From NCBI GenBank assembly GCA_034722435.1, contig JAYENX010000015.1, positions 1-44,457 on the forward strand: 44,457 nucleotides of DNA, given 5' to 3'. The position numbers were made by a program, and so were the translations under genes. This DNA comes from Nanobdellota archaeon. GTDB taxonomy: Archaea > Nanobdellota > Nanobdellia > Woesearchaeales > JAHWHD01. A model generated the notes under the pieces. That model worked only from the letters and a program-made list of their open reading frames with translations. It had not been told where the DNA came from and did no database searches. Below are positions 30,353 to 39,213 of the stretch, in pieces. How positions within the stretch are numbered: position 1 is the stretch's first letter; the number at the start of each line of letters is the position of its first letter.

Positions 30353-30826
30353 ATGCGAGAAATAAAATATGAAGATTTAGATGAAAAACAACGAAGAGTA
30401 TTAGATGAAGCTGAAAAAGTAATGACCACAGCATATAATCCGTATTCTAAGTTTTATGTTGGAGCTGCACTTTTATCCCAAGATGATCGAATAATTACAG
30501 GTTCAAATGTAGAGAATGCAGCGTACGGTTCTACAATATGTGCAGAAAGAGCAGCGATATTGAGAGCAAATGCTATGGGAATAAGAACATTTGATAAAGT
30601 AGGAATTATTGCAAGAGGGGAAAATTTTGACACAACTAAAGTAACTGCCCCATGTGGCAGTTGTAGACAGATGTTATATGAATCTGCTCAAATTTCAGAA
30701 AGAGATTTAGAAATAGTTATGGCGACAACTAAAAAAGATAAAGTTGTTGTGGCAACAATCAATGAACTTTTACCACTAGCATTTGGTCCAAAAGATTTGG
30801 GAATTGATGTTAGAAAATATAAATAA
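30353..30826 (+). CDS. cdd: Cytidine deaminase
   Basis: AYNPYSKFYVGAA, NVENAAYG, CAER, PCGSCRQ. Confidence 0.95.
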   Translation: MREIKYEDLDEKQRRVLDEAEKVMTTAYNPYSKFYVGAALLSQDDRIITGSNVENAAYGSTICAERAAILRANAMGIRTFDKVGIIARGENFDTTKVTAPCGSCRQMLYESAQISERDLEIVMATTKKDKVVVATINELLPLAFGPKDLGIDVRKYK

Positions 30827-30902
30827 TGACTTTAATTTCTAGTTAAAACTAACATCTGGATAAACAACATTTTATATATTAATAATTTCTTAAACTATCA
30901 CA

Positions 30903-31355
30903 ATGATTAAACTCAAACCATTCAAACAATCAAAAGGATATTGTGGACCTGCTTCATTAAAGATGGTTCTATCTGCTTATGGGATAAATAAATCTGAAAA
31001 ATATTTAGCTAAAACAACAAAAAGTAGTAGAACTAGAGGATGTGCTGAAGAAAATATTGTCAAAGCAGCAGAAAAATTAGGATTCAATGGATATGTGAAA
31101 CAAAATTCCTCAGTTAATGAAGTTAAAAAGTTAGTGAAAAAAGGAATTCCTGTAATTGTAGATTGGTTTTCTCCTGAAGAAGCAGGACATTATTCTGTTG
31201 TTATAGGCTTTGACAAAGATAGAATCATTTTAGCAGATCCACATTTTGGCAAATTAAAAAAACATAAAATTGAATGGTTCAAAGAAAGATGGTTTGATTT
31301 ACCTTTTGCAAAAAAAGGTCCACTTCTAAAAGAAATTATTGTAATACATCGATAG
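30903..31355 (+). CDS. C39-like cysteine peptidase
   Basis: QSKGYCGPASL, GHYSVVIG, ILADP. Confidence 0.8.
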   Translation: MIKLKPFKQSKGYCGPASLKMVLSAYGINKSEKYLAKTTKSSRTRGCAEENIVKAAEKLGFNGYVKQNSSVNEVKKLVKKGIPVIVDWFSPEEAGHYSVVIGFDKDRIILADPHFGKLKKHKIEWFKERWFDLPFAKKGPLLKEIIVIHR

Positions 31356-31574
31356 CGCGCCAAGTCCAATTGAAACTAACATCACAATTAAGAGATATGT
31401 GAAGATTAAGGCAACCCACAGAAATTCGATTTGGATGAAATCCCTATATAGAACTGACATCAGAATTACGTCTAACTCCAAAGAAAAGTTTAGGGAAATC
31501 GCTTAACAATTTAGCAAAAGCAACCTAATTTTTCCTTTAATTACCTCCAAATTCTTTGACCCTATAACGAAGGA

Positions 31575-32774
31575 TCAAACTACGTCCGCAGAGGCAAGAG
31601 AATTCTTACTAACCCAAGATAAAATTAAAAAATATACGAAGAAAAGGAATAAACCTACACCCATCATCAAAAACGCAGCAGAAGGAGTATAGATGTCCGT
31701 AAAATACCCTATTAATGGCGCAAAAACTGCATACATTAAATTTCTTGACATACTTTGTATAGAAATTACTGTTGCACGATGATGAGAATCAGTATGTTTA
31801 TTTATTCCTTTATTTACTAAAATATCTCTAACTCCACATACAAATGATATTATACAAATCAATATTAAAACAGATAATTTATTAACAAAAAATATTCCAA
31901 TAAAAGATAAGCTAGCAATTAATAAAATTAAGATTAATAATCTATTTTTTTTTGTTCTTCTTGTGATTTTTCCAGCGGCTAAATTTCCTAATCCTGCTGT
32001 AAAAAAATATAAAGATATTGCAATACCAACTATATATTTTGGAAATGTACTTTGCTCATAGAATGGTTGAATTAGAAACCAAGTTATATGCCCGAGCGCT
32101 GCAAACAACCCAAAGTAAATTATAAGATTTTTAACATATTTATGATTATAAGAAAACTTAATTGCTTCAATAAGATGTTTATAGTAATTCTTCTTATGAA
32201 CCTTTTTATGTATTGGAGGTTCTTTAAACCATAAACCTATAACGAATGCTAGAAAGAAAAGGAAGGCCGAAATAAAGAACAAATTTCTATACCCTAGATA
32301 GATTGCTAAAAACCCGCCCGCAAGCGCTAAAATTGACCAAGTCAATTGAGAATAGAAATTACCTCTACCAAAAATCTTAGCGTATTGATTTTCTTTTTCT
32401 AACTCTTTTAATGAATCATATAATAATGCAGAATCTGCACCTGATCTTAATGCCCAGCAAAAGGCAATAACCACCATTGCGATTAAAAAAGTCCAATAAT
32501 TAGTTCCAAATCCAAAGATTACATAACTTATTGAAGCACAAAGCATGGCTAATGCAACAGATAATTTTCGTCCTACTAAATCTGCAAACACTCCGCTTGG
32601 AACTTCCAGCATTAAAACTACTACAACAAAAATAGTTTGTAGTGACATTACCTGTGTCATCGATAAATAATTTGCTAAAAGAAATAATACAAATGTAGAA
32701 ACAGTAAAATCCAAAGTACTAACTACTCTGAATAAATAGAATTTCCAGATATTAGACTCGTACGCATTAGCCAT
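31575..32774 (-). CDS. MFS transporter
   Basis: About 12 TM segments, LEVPSGVFADLVGRK, SGADSALLYD; start set at MANAYES. Confidence 0.9.
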   Translation of the reverse strand: MANAYESNIWKFYLFRVVSTLDFTVSTFVLFLLANYLSMTQVMSLQTIFVVVVLMLEVPSGVFADLVGRKLSVALAMLCASISYVIFGFGTNYWTFLIAMVVIAFCWALRSGADSALLYDSLKELEKENQYAKIFGRGNFYSQLTWSILALAGGFLAIYLGYRNLFFISAFLFFLAFVIGLWFKEPPIHKKVHKKNYYKHLIEAIKFSYNHKYVKNLIIYFGLFAALGHITWFLIQPFYEQSTFPKYIVGIAISLYFFTAGLGNLAAGKITRRTKKNRLLILILLIASLSFIGIFFVNKLSVLILICIISFVCGVRDILVNKGINKHTDSHHRATVISIQSMSRNLMYAVFAPLIGYFTDIYTPSAAFLMMGVGLFLFFVYFLILSWVSKNSLASADVV

Positions 32775-32916
32775 TTCTCGTCGAGAAAAACAGCACAATT
32801 TATAAATATTACCCATTCGTCGTCGGCAATCACCAACTTACCGTCGAGAAAATCAGCAATCTTTATAAAGTTTTCCCGGCTTCTCGTCGATAATAAACAT
32901 TTTGGAGGAATAAAAA

Positions 32917-33300
32917 ATGAAAGAAGAATTAATGAACGCAGATTTAAGGACTAGAATTGAAACGGAATTACAAAATAAAGATATTTTAAAAAAAATCAAG
33001 ACTGTTGCAAGAAATCTTGGAAAGGAGAATAAGGATAACGAACAAACCATCCATATATTCCAAGAAGGAGACATTAGTATAAATTATTGTTTTTGGTGGA
33101 GAGGGCCTTATGTTCGGATTAATGGCGGAACTGTTTTTGAGGACCATGCCTGTCTTACATATCACGGAATTCCAGTGTATCAATTTGACGAAAACTTAAG
33201 AACACCAAATATCAGTAGATTCAGTCCTGGAGAATGGGAGAAAGAGCTACAAACATTATATGAGAGAGGATTACAGGTTGAAAATAGCCGTAATAATTGA
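32917..33300 (+). CDS. Hypothetical protein
   Basis: ORF track; SD GGAGG. Confidence 0.55.
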   Translation: MKEELMNADLRTRIETELQNKDILKKIKTVARNLGKENKDNEQTIHIFQEGDISINYCFWWRGPYVRINGGTVFEDHACLTYHGIPVYQFDENLRTPNISRFSPGEWEKELQTLYERGLQVENSRNN

Positions 33301-33456
33301 TTAGTCTCAAGCATTCGAAGTTTTCGACTTAAACAATCAGTAGTTTATTTAGTAACTTCCCCCTTTAATTTGAATGCTAGTTAATCTCAATCTGATAAGA
33401 CATTGTGTTGGCAAGATAGACTCTCCGTTACAATTTTCGTTAACAACGAAAATCCT

Positions 33457-33465
33457 GTTAATTGC
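33457..33465. repeat. Right core of a decayed cassette-boundary hairpin (GTTAATTGC)
   Basis: Exact reverse complement of GCAATTAAC at 33901-33909. Confidence 0.7.
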
Positions 33466-33532
33466 CCCGAGCCGTTAGGCGAGAACGCAGCGTGGTCGAG
33501 GAGCGAAGCGACGAAGAAGTCACAATTTCTCG

Positions 33533-33850
33533 CTACTTATCAAATTTGAAATTCTTATGAATCTCCTTATCATATCTTTCCCAATTAAGTGTCTTTCTAA
33601 GAATTACATGAACAGTATTTTTTGTAAAGATAAAGTATACAATAAAATTCTCGGTTTCTTTATGGAAATACATTTCTCCAGATTCTATATAAAACGCATA
33701 TGAATGAATATTTTTGGCATCATCTTCATAAAGATTATCATAAATATCAAAAATTAAATCAATTTGTTTTAGCGTTTCATCTCCAGGAGAAATTTTATAC
33801 CACATGACATCATCAGTGTTACTTAAACCGAGGATTTTTTCTTTGCTCAT
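33533..33850 (-). CDS. Hypothetical protein
   Basis: Start set at MSKEK; TTTATAAA about 25 nt upstream. Confidence 0.6.
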   Translation of the reverse strand: MSKEKILGLSNTDDVMWYKISPGDETLKQIDLIFDIYDNLYEDDAKNIHSYAFYIESGEMYFHKETENFIVYFIFTKNTVHVILRKTLNWERYDKEIHKNFKFDK

Positions 33851-33902
33851 GTAATTAGTTAATAATTGGGGATTTATAAATCTTGCGAGAAATTGTAATT
33901 GC

Positions 33903-33922
33903 AATTAACATCGCTGTTATAT
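33903..33922. repeat. Minimal cassette-boundary site AATTAAC-ATCGCT-GTTATAT
   Basis: Left core, ATC and right core with only 6 nt between cores. Confidence 0.6.
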
Positions 33923-33990
33923 TTCCCGAAGGGCTGAAATTTAGTGCAACGTTCCGCAGGAAAATTTCAGAGTCGTCGTGTCTATATTTT

Positions 33991-34734
33991 TTATTGAGGG
34001 TTTCCGCCGTCTCTAGAAAGAACATATATAGAAACATCTCCTAGATGAAGTCCTTGTTTGGATTCAACCTTATGTTCTTGAGAAATTTTCAGTTTATATT
34101 TTTCTACATGGTTTGCAGGGTCATTTTCCTTTCCAGCAAAATGAAAATAAGGCATGATTATGACTCCGTCTTCTTTTAGACATTGAGGAATTTCTTTGAA
34201 AAATCTTTGTAGAAGTTCAGTACCTCCAAGCATACTTCTTCTCAACATTTCATCTTGATTTGGGTCACCTTCAAATTTTTCAGGTTCTTCAGAAAAAAAT
34301 GGATGATTGAATAAAACAACATCATAGATTCTGTTTTTGGGAAGACCATTAAATAAATCGCTTTGATAAACTTCAGCATTTGCAAGTTTATGTTGTATGA
34401 TATTTTTTTGGGTGTTGGCAACTGCTTTAGGATTAATATCTGCAAACGCAATAAATTTCGCTCCATATTTGGACATTACTATTCCTTGTGTTCCGGGTCC
34501 ACACCCAATATCAGCAACATCTTTTCCAGAATATAATTCTTGATGTTCATATAAAAATCTTGCAAGATGACTTGCAGTAGTAATAATGTCTGACCCAAAA
34601 ACGCCTCTTTCAATCAACAAATCAAGAGAAATATCTGTATTTTCATCTAATATTATATTCCTTATTCCTGATTCGCGTTGATGAGCATGTAATTGTTTTT
34701 TTACAAGATCATATTGTTCTTTAGTGAATGTCAT
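33991..34734 (-). CDS. N-type SAM methyltransferase (PrmC/HemK-like)
   Basis: VADIGCGPG, ADINPKA, SDLF, NHPF (NPPF-like); start set at MTFTK. Confidence 0.8.
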   Translation of the reverse strand: MTFTKEQYDLVKKQLHAHQRESGIRNIILDENTDISLDLLIERGVFGSDIITTASHLARFLYEHQELYSGKDVADIGCGPGTQGIVMSKYGAKFIAFADINPKAVANTQKNIIQHKLANAEVYQSDLFNGLPKNRIYDVVLFNHPFFSEEPEKFEGDPNQDEMLRRSMLGGTELLQRFFKEIPQCLKEDGVIIMPYFHFAGKENDPANHVEKYKLKISQEHKVESKQGLHLGDVSIYVLSRDGGNPQ

Positions 34735-34784
34735 AATGAAAGGAAGTATAAACTGATTTATAAATGTTAGGCGGAAAGAAAACA

Positions 34785-35117
34785 CTATTTTGTAAATATT
34801 TTAACTAATTTTTGCTCAACTTCTTTTACTTTTGAATTAGCTAGTGCTCCTGTTTTGTATAAGATTATGGCTTTGTCAGCTGTAAACAATCTATTAGGTC
34901 TGATCATACTTGTTAATTTCAAGTTTCCTTGCTTGAAATCATCATTCATAAGATTAATGGAATAATCATCAAATCTAGCTTCGCTTGTTATCTGAGCAAG
35001 AATTAAATCATCTCCTTGCAAATTAGCAACAACCAAAGCAGGTCTCTTCTTAGACCTACTCAAATCTGAAAAAGGAAATGGCAGAATAACAACGTCTCCC
35101 TTTACAAATTCTTCCAT
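34785..35117 (-). CDS. PemK/MazF family toxin
   Basis: KGDVVILPFPFSDLSRSKKRPALVV, QITS. Confidence 0.92.
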   Translation of the reverse strand: MEEFVKGDVVILPFPFSDLSRSKKRPALVVANLQGDDLILAQITSEARFDDYSINLMNDDFKQGNLKLTSMIRPNRLFTADKAIILYKTGALANSKVKEVEQKLVKIFTK

Positions 35118-35350
35118 GCTTCATCATCCTCTTTGCTATTCCAATCTTTAGCTAAAACCTTTTCACTAGCTATAGCAGTAGCCATTCTCTCATTTATTTG
35201 TTTCATTGTCCTTAATTCAATATGATCTTCAAAGGCCAAAATAGCTACTTTAGTTCCAGTTTTGAAGCCTTCAGCTTCCCTAATATCCTTGGGAATAGCA
35301 ATTTGTCCTTTTTCAGTTATTGTAGCAGTTTTCATTTCAACTATTGGCAT
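35102..35350 (-). CDS. AbrB/MazE family antitoxin
   Basis: ITEKGQIAIPKDIRE; C-terminal EDDEAWKNL; overlaps the toxin gene. Confidence 0.9.
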   Translation of the reverse strand: MPIVEMKTATITEKGQIAIPKDIREAEGFKTGTKVAILAFEDHIELRTMKQINERMATAIASEKVLAKDWNSKEDDEAWKNL

Positions 35351-35446
35351 AATATCACCTTTCTTACAAGTAAGAAGTGTAAGAAATATATAAATGTTTC
35401 GTTTTCTTTCCGCCTATTTTCCTTTTTCGGATAAATCCTGAATTAC

Positions 35447-35525
35447 GTATAACATCGGAATTTAACGAAGGCGATTTGGGTGGAGAAACCTGTAAGGTTT
35501 CGGAACCGTTAAATTCCTGTAAAAC
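35447..35525. repeat. attC-like hairpin site (79 bp)
   Basis: GTATAACA-TC-GGAATTTAACG ... CGTTAAATTCC-TGTAAAAC. Confidence 0.7.
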
Positions 35526-35745
35526 GACCCTACGCGCCCACTCTCAGCGTCTGTACATATCAAATTCTGTTTTAACTGTAGGCAAATTGGGCGAGTAAAC
35601 TCTTTGACGTGCCATACGCGCCCATATTGTATAAAATGGCTAAACTTCTATTTAAGCTCTTCCCCCGTTTGACGAATTTAACTCGCTTTTGAAGTTTTTA
35701 GAAGTCGTAGTGGTTACGGGGTTTAATAGAAATAAAAAATGAAAA

Positions 35746-36210
35746 TTATTCAATAACAATTTTAGGACTATCTTTGAAACATTTCGGTGCAATAATTCCT
35801 TTACCGCGAACATCAAAACATTGTGCAACCTTTTGAATTACTTTAAAGTATTCTTCTTTATCTTTAACCCTTAATTTGACAAGATAATCATAATCTCCAG
35901 TTGTATAAAATACTTCTTGTACTTGAGGGATTTTAGATAATTGTTTTGCGGGTTTTTCTAAATCAACTTCCTTTCCAAGCTTTGCTTGACCAAAAACAAA
36001 TGCTACATAACTTTTATCTAATTTTTCAGGTTCAACGATAACTGTAAAACCTTTAATTACGCCCCATTCTTGTAATTTATTTATTCTTGCCTGTACTGTA
36101 GAAGTTGGAATTTTTAATTGGTGTGCAATTTTTGTAATTCTTGGAACACACAAATCCTTATCTTGGATTAATTTCAATATTTTCTTGTCTATAGGTTTTA
36201 TTTTATCCAT
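35746..36210 (-). CDS. Lrp/AsnC family regulator
   Basis: IDKKILKLIQ..IAHQL..STVQARINKLQEWGVIKGF; V.EVFYTTGDYDYLVKL. Confidence 0.9.
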   Translation of the reverse strand: MDKIKPIDKKILKLIQDKDLCVPRITKIAHQLKIPTSTVQARINKLQEWGVIKGFTVIVEPEKLDKSYVAFVFGQAKLGKEVDLEKPAKQLSKIPQVQEVFYTTGDYDYLVKLRVKDKEEYFKVIQKVAQCFDVRGKGIIAPKCFKDSPKIVIE

Positions 36211-36338
36211 TTTTTTATTATATTAATGTATATTATATGTAAATATAAGTATTATTTATATACTTTACGTAAAAATTAGCATAAAATTAATATTAATTGT
36301 ATAGTATCCTAATTTATAATACTTTGGAGGATGAAATC

Positions 36339-36650
36339 ATGAAAAAAATAACCCGATTTGTAGGAAAAAGAATCACAATTGATGGAGTTATAGGTACTAT
36401 TTATCAAGAACAAGAAAGGGGGTTTTGTGAATTTGTAAATAGAGACCAGATCGCAATCAAAACCATAAAAATAGCAAGTAGATATCTTAAAAATAATGGT
36501 GAAAGAAATTACAAAATTAAAGATAAATTTTTAGATTCAGTAATTGCATCTAAAGAAACGTATGGCTCATTAATTGCACACTGGAGTGGATATTATCCTT
36601 GCGGCAATTATCTTAGACGTGATCAAGAATTAAAAAACGCAGGAATTTAA
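36339..36650 (+). CDS. Hypothetical protein
   Basis: Start set at MKKIT with SD GGAGG. Confidence 0.5.
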   Translation: MKKITRFVGKRITIDGVIGTIYQEQERGFCEFVNRDQIAIKTIKIASRYLKNNGERNYKIKDKFLDSVIASKETYGSLIAHWSGYYPCGNYLRRDQELKNAGI

Positions 36651-36690
36651 TATTTATTTTTTTCTTTCCCGTACCCAACCCATAATTCTT

Positions 36691-36697
36691 GTTAAAC
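36691..36697. repeat. Orphan right core GTTAAAC
   Basis: CTTGTTAAAC context as at 43283-43292; complementary to 37689-37695. Confidence 0.55.
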
Positions 36698-36756
36698 CGC
36701 TTAAAGGTGTCTACAAAAACGCAATATTTAAATATGTAGACACCTTATAATTATAT

Positions 36757-37650
36757 ATGTTCTTAGAAATACGAAAGATTGGAGAAAGTAAAAAATACTA
36801 TCTTGTGCATACATATAGAATAAAAAGTAAAGTAAAAAGGATTTCTAGGTATTTAGGGTCTAATTTAACTAAGAAGGAATTGAGTCAATTACAAAAACAG
36901 GCAGAGCAGGAAATTCTGGAGGAGATTAAGGAAAAGAATATTCTTGAATTTGAGCTTACAAAAGAAGAAATAGAAGAGTATAAGAAATATGAAAAAGATA
37001 TTAAAATCCAACATTTGCAAAAGTTAAACTGGAAAAGATTTACTGCTAATTTTACATATAATACTAATGCTATAGAAGGCTCAACTGTTCTTCTGTCAGA
37101 AGTTAAAGAGTTACTAAGTGGAGAGGAAAAACCTCATGATAATGAGGAAATTGAAACCTTGAATGTAGCAGAAGCAATTGATTTTATTAAAACTTCTAAA
37201 CAAAAAATTACTGTTGCATTTATCAAAAAATTGCATAAGATTTGTTTTAATGGCACTAAAGGATTTGCAGGCAAATTAAGAGATGTTAATGTAATTATAA
37301 GAAATGCTCAAGGAGATATAATTCACGAAGGTGCTCCGATTAAACAACTTCAACCATTGCTTAAAGAGCTTTGTAAATGGTATTTCAGTCATAAAAACAA
37401 ATACCCTCCGCTGTTACTTGCAGCTGTCATGCATAACCAATTTGAAAAAATACACCCATTTCAAGATGGTAATGGGAGAGTTGGCCGGTTATTGCTAAAT
37501 TATGTTCTTTTAAAGCATAATTATCCACCTATAAATATAAGACTCAGAGATAGAGTAAAATACTACCATTGTTTACATGAATATGACCATAAGAATGATA
37601 TTAAGACAACTTTAAAGTTTTTAATTTCTCAATATAAGAAACAGTTCTAG
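36757..37650 (+). CDS. Fic domain protein (class II, internal inhibitory motif)
   Basis: HPFQDGNGRVGR active motif; TNAIEG inhibitory motif. Confidence 0.93.
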   Translation: MFLEIRKIGESKKYYLVHTYRIKSKVKRISRYLGSNLTKKELSQLQKQAEQEILEEIKEKNILEFELTKEEIEEYKKYEKDIKIQHLQKLNWKRFTANFTYNTNAIEGSTVLLSEVKELLSGEEKPHDNEEIETLNVAEAIDFIKTSKQKITVAFIKKLHKICFNGTKGFAGKLRDVNVIIRNAQGDIIHEGAPIKQLQPLLKELCKWYFSHKNKYPPLLLAAVMHNQFEKIHPFQDGNGRVGRLLLNYVLLKHNYPPINIRLRDRVKYYHCLHEYDHKNDIKTTLKFLISQYKKQF

Positions 37651-37688
37651 GTGTCTACAAAGTAGAGTGTAGACACCCTTCTAATTGC

Positions 37689-37845
37689 GTTTAACATTAG
37701 GTTGAATAGACGTTTTACGTAAGTGTTACGTAATTATTGTTAAAGAGATTAAAATATGCACGCTGTTTTCTTGAATGTATGTAAAAAAAATATAACCTTG
37801 GAAAGAGAAAAAATAGAAATGGCGAGGCGAATGGTTGTTAAGTGA
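37689..37845. repeat. Degenerate attC-like site
   Basis: GTTTAACATT ... TTGTTAAGTGA; interior pairing is partial. Confidence 0.5.
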
Positions 37846-37901
37846 CCCGGACGAAGTGAGAGCGCAGCGTGGCAAGGAAAATCTTTGATTTTCCGCAGAG
37901 T

Positions 37902-38642
37902 TTATTTGCCCCCACATACAAAAGTGTATTTTAAGGATTTGCCAACCCAATCTTTTTCTTCAAAATCTGTGCTTTTTACAACTTCAATAAGATTCAACCC
38001 TGCTGATTTTATTTCAGAAAGAGCTTCTTTTTTAGTATAAAAATGTAAAAACATTTTTTCTTGCATTTTTGTTTCTGGATTATTAGCTTCAATCCAAGTA
38101 TCACCTAATTCTTCATCAGGTTTCTTGAATATTGCTCCAATTTCTTTTTTCGTCCAAAACCACCAAAACTTAAATCCACTTTTCCGTTCGTGTGTAGTAA
38201 AAAACATAACCCCTTTTGGTTTCAGAAAATTCTTGCATTGTTTTAGTAATTTAATCCTATTATTTATTCCTTTAATATGCTCAATCGTTTGAGTTGGAAG
38301 CATAATATAATCAAAAGAATTTTCTGGATAATTTAATTTTGTAATATTTTTAGCAATAAATTTAGTATTAGATATTTTATGTTTTTTAGCATATTCGTTT
38401 GCATACTTAATCATATTTGGAGCAATATCAACGCCAATAATTTCAAATCCTCTTTTTGCAAGAACAAATGCTTCTCTTCCCGCACCACAGCCAAGATCTA
38501 AAATCTTTTCTTTGGATTTGAAATATTTATCAATAACATATTTTTCAGTTTCTAATAATCCATGCTTGATTATTTTAGCATAGTGTTCTACTTCCCTTTT
38601 TGAATCAAATGTTTTTTTTACACTTTGGGTTGAATCTGACAT
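37902..38642 (-). CDS. Class I SAM-dependent methyltransferase
   Basis: ILDLGCGAGR, GVDIAP, FDYI. Confidence 0.9.
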   Translation of the reverse strand: MSDSTQSVKKTFDSKREVEHYAKIIKHGLLETEKYVIDKYFKSKEKILDLGCGAGREAFVLAKRGFEIIGVDIAPNMIKYANEYAKKHKISNTKFIAKNITKLNYPENSFDYIMLPTQTIEHIKGINNRIKLLKQCKNFLKPKGVMFFTTHERKSGFKFWWFWTKKEIGAIFKKPDEELGDTWIEANNPETKMQEKMFLHFYTKKEALSEIKSAGLNLIEVVKSTDFEEKDWVGKSLKYTFVCGGK

Positions 38643-38705
38643 ACTATTAAGATTGGGTTGGCATTATATAAATTTTCTTATAATTAGTGGGGGCAAATAA
38701 ATTTC

Positions 38706-38890
38706 ATTTAACATCAGTTTTAAACGACCCGATAGGGCTCGAAGGCGAAGCCATCGAGGGTTCAATTCTGACCTCGAGACTCCTTTAAAGTGAGGCTCGA
38801 GCTGGAAGAATTGAATCTGGGTAAAATTGGGGAAATCGCTTGGCGATTTAGGCTATGCCGACCCAATTTTCCGTTTAAAACTTGTTAAAT
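38706..38890. repeat. attC-like branched hairpin site (185 bp)
   Basis: ATTTAACA-TC-AGTTTTAAACG ... CGTTTAAAACT-TGTTAAAT with several internal stems. Confidence 0.8.
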
Positions 38891-39213
38891 ACCTTTACCC
38901 TACGAAGTGGGGTAAAGTTGCGTCCGCAAAGTAAAATTTCCATTTCTTATCAATTCTGCCGAAGGCAGACTATATGTGCGTAGCACTGGGGAGTTCAGTT
39001 CTTTCTAATAAGCGAAGCATTACATCAAGAACAAGTATCAAGGGGGAGTTCGTTACATCAAAGCCGAAGGCTCTTTTAGTTAGTACATTCAGGGGAGTTC
39101 CGTTCAATTAATGCAAACACAGTGAGCTATCAACAACAAGTATTATGAGGTAAAAAACAGCATATTCATTTAAAAGCAAATATTTATTAATATTTGAGTA
39201 TTTATTATATATA

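Noticed and set aside
30903-33300. Clamps for the C39 peptidase, MFS and 32917 ORF modules
   Set aside because: Only 4-6 bp matches found, so they were not counted as support for the clamp pattern.
35526-35740. TACGCGCCCA direct repeat and short minus-strand ORFs (e.g. MARQRVYSPNL...)
   Set aside because: Too short to assign; probably a decayed module, and not recognisable as an integrase fragment.
37726-37950. ORF-track 74-aa minus-strand ORF
   Set aside because: Reads through the repeat block and overlaps a methyltransferase end; likely spurious.
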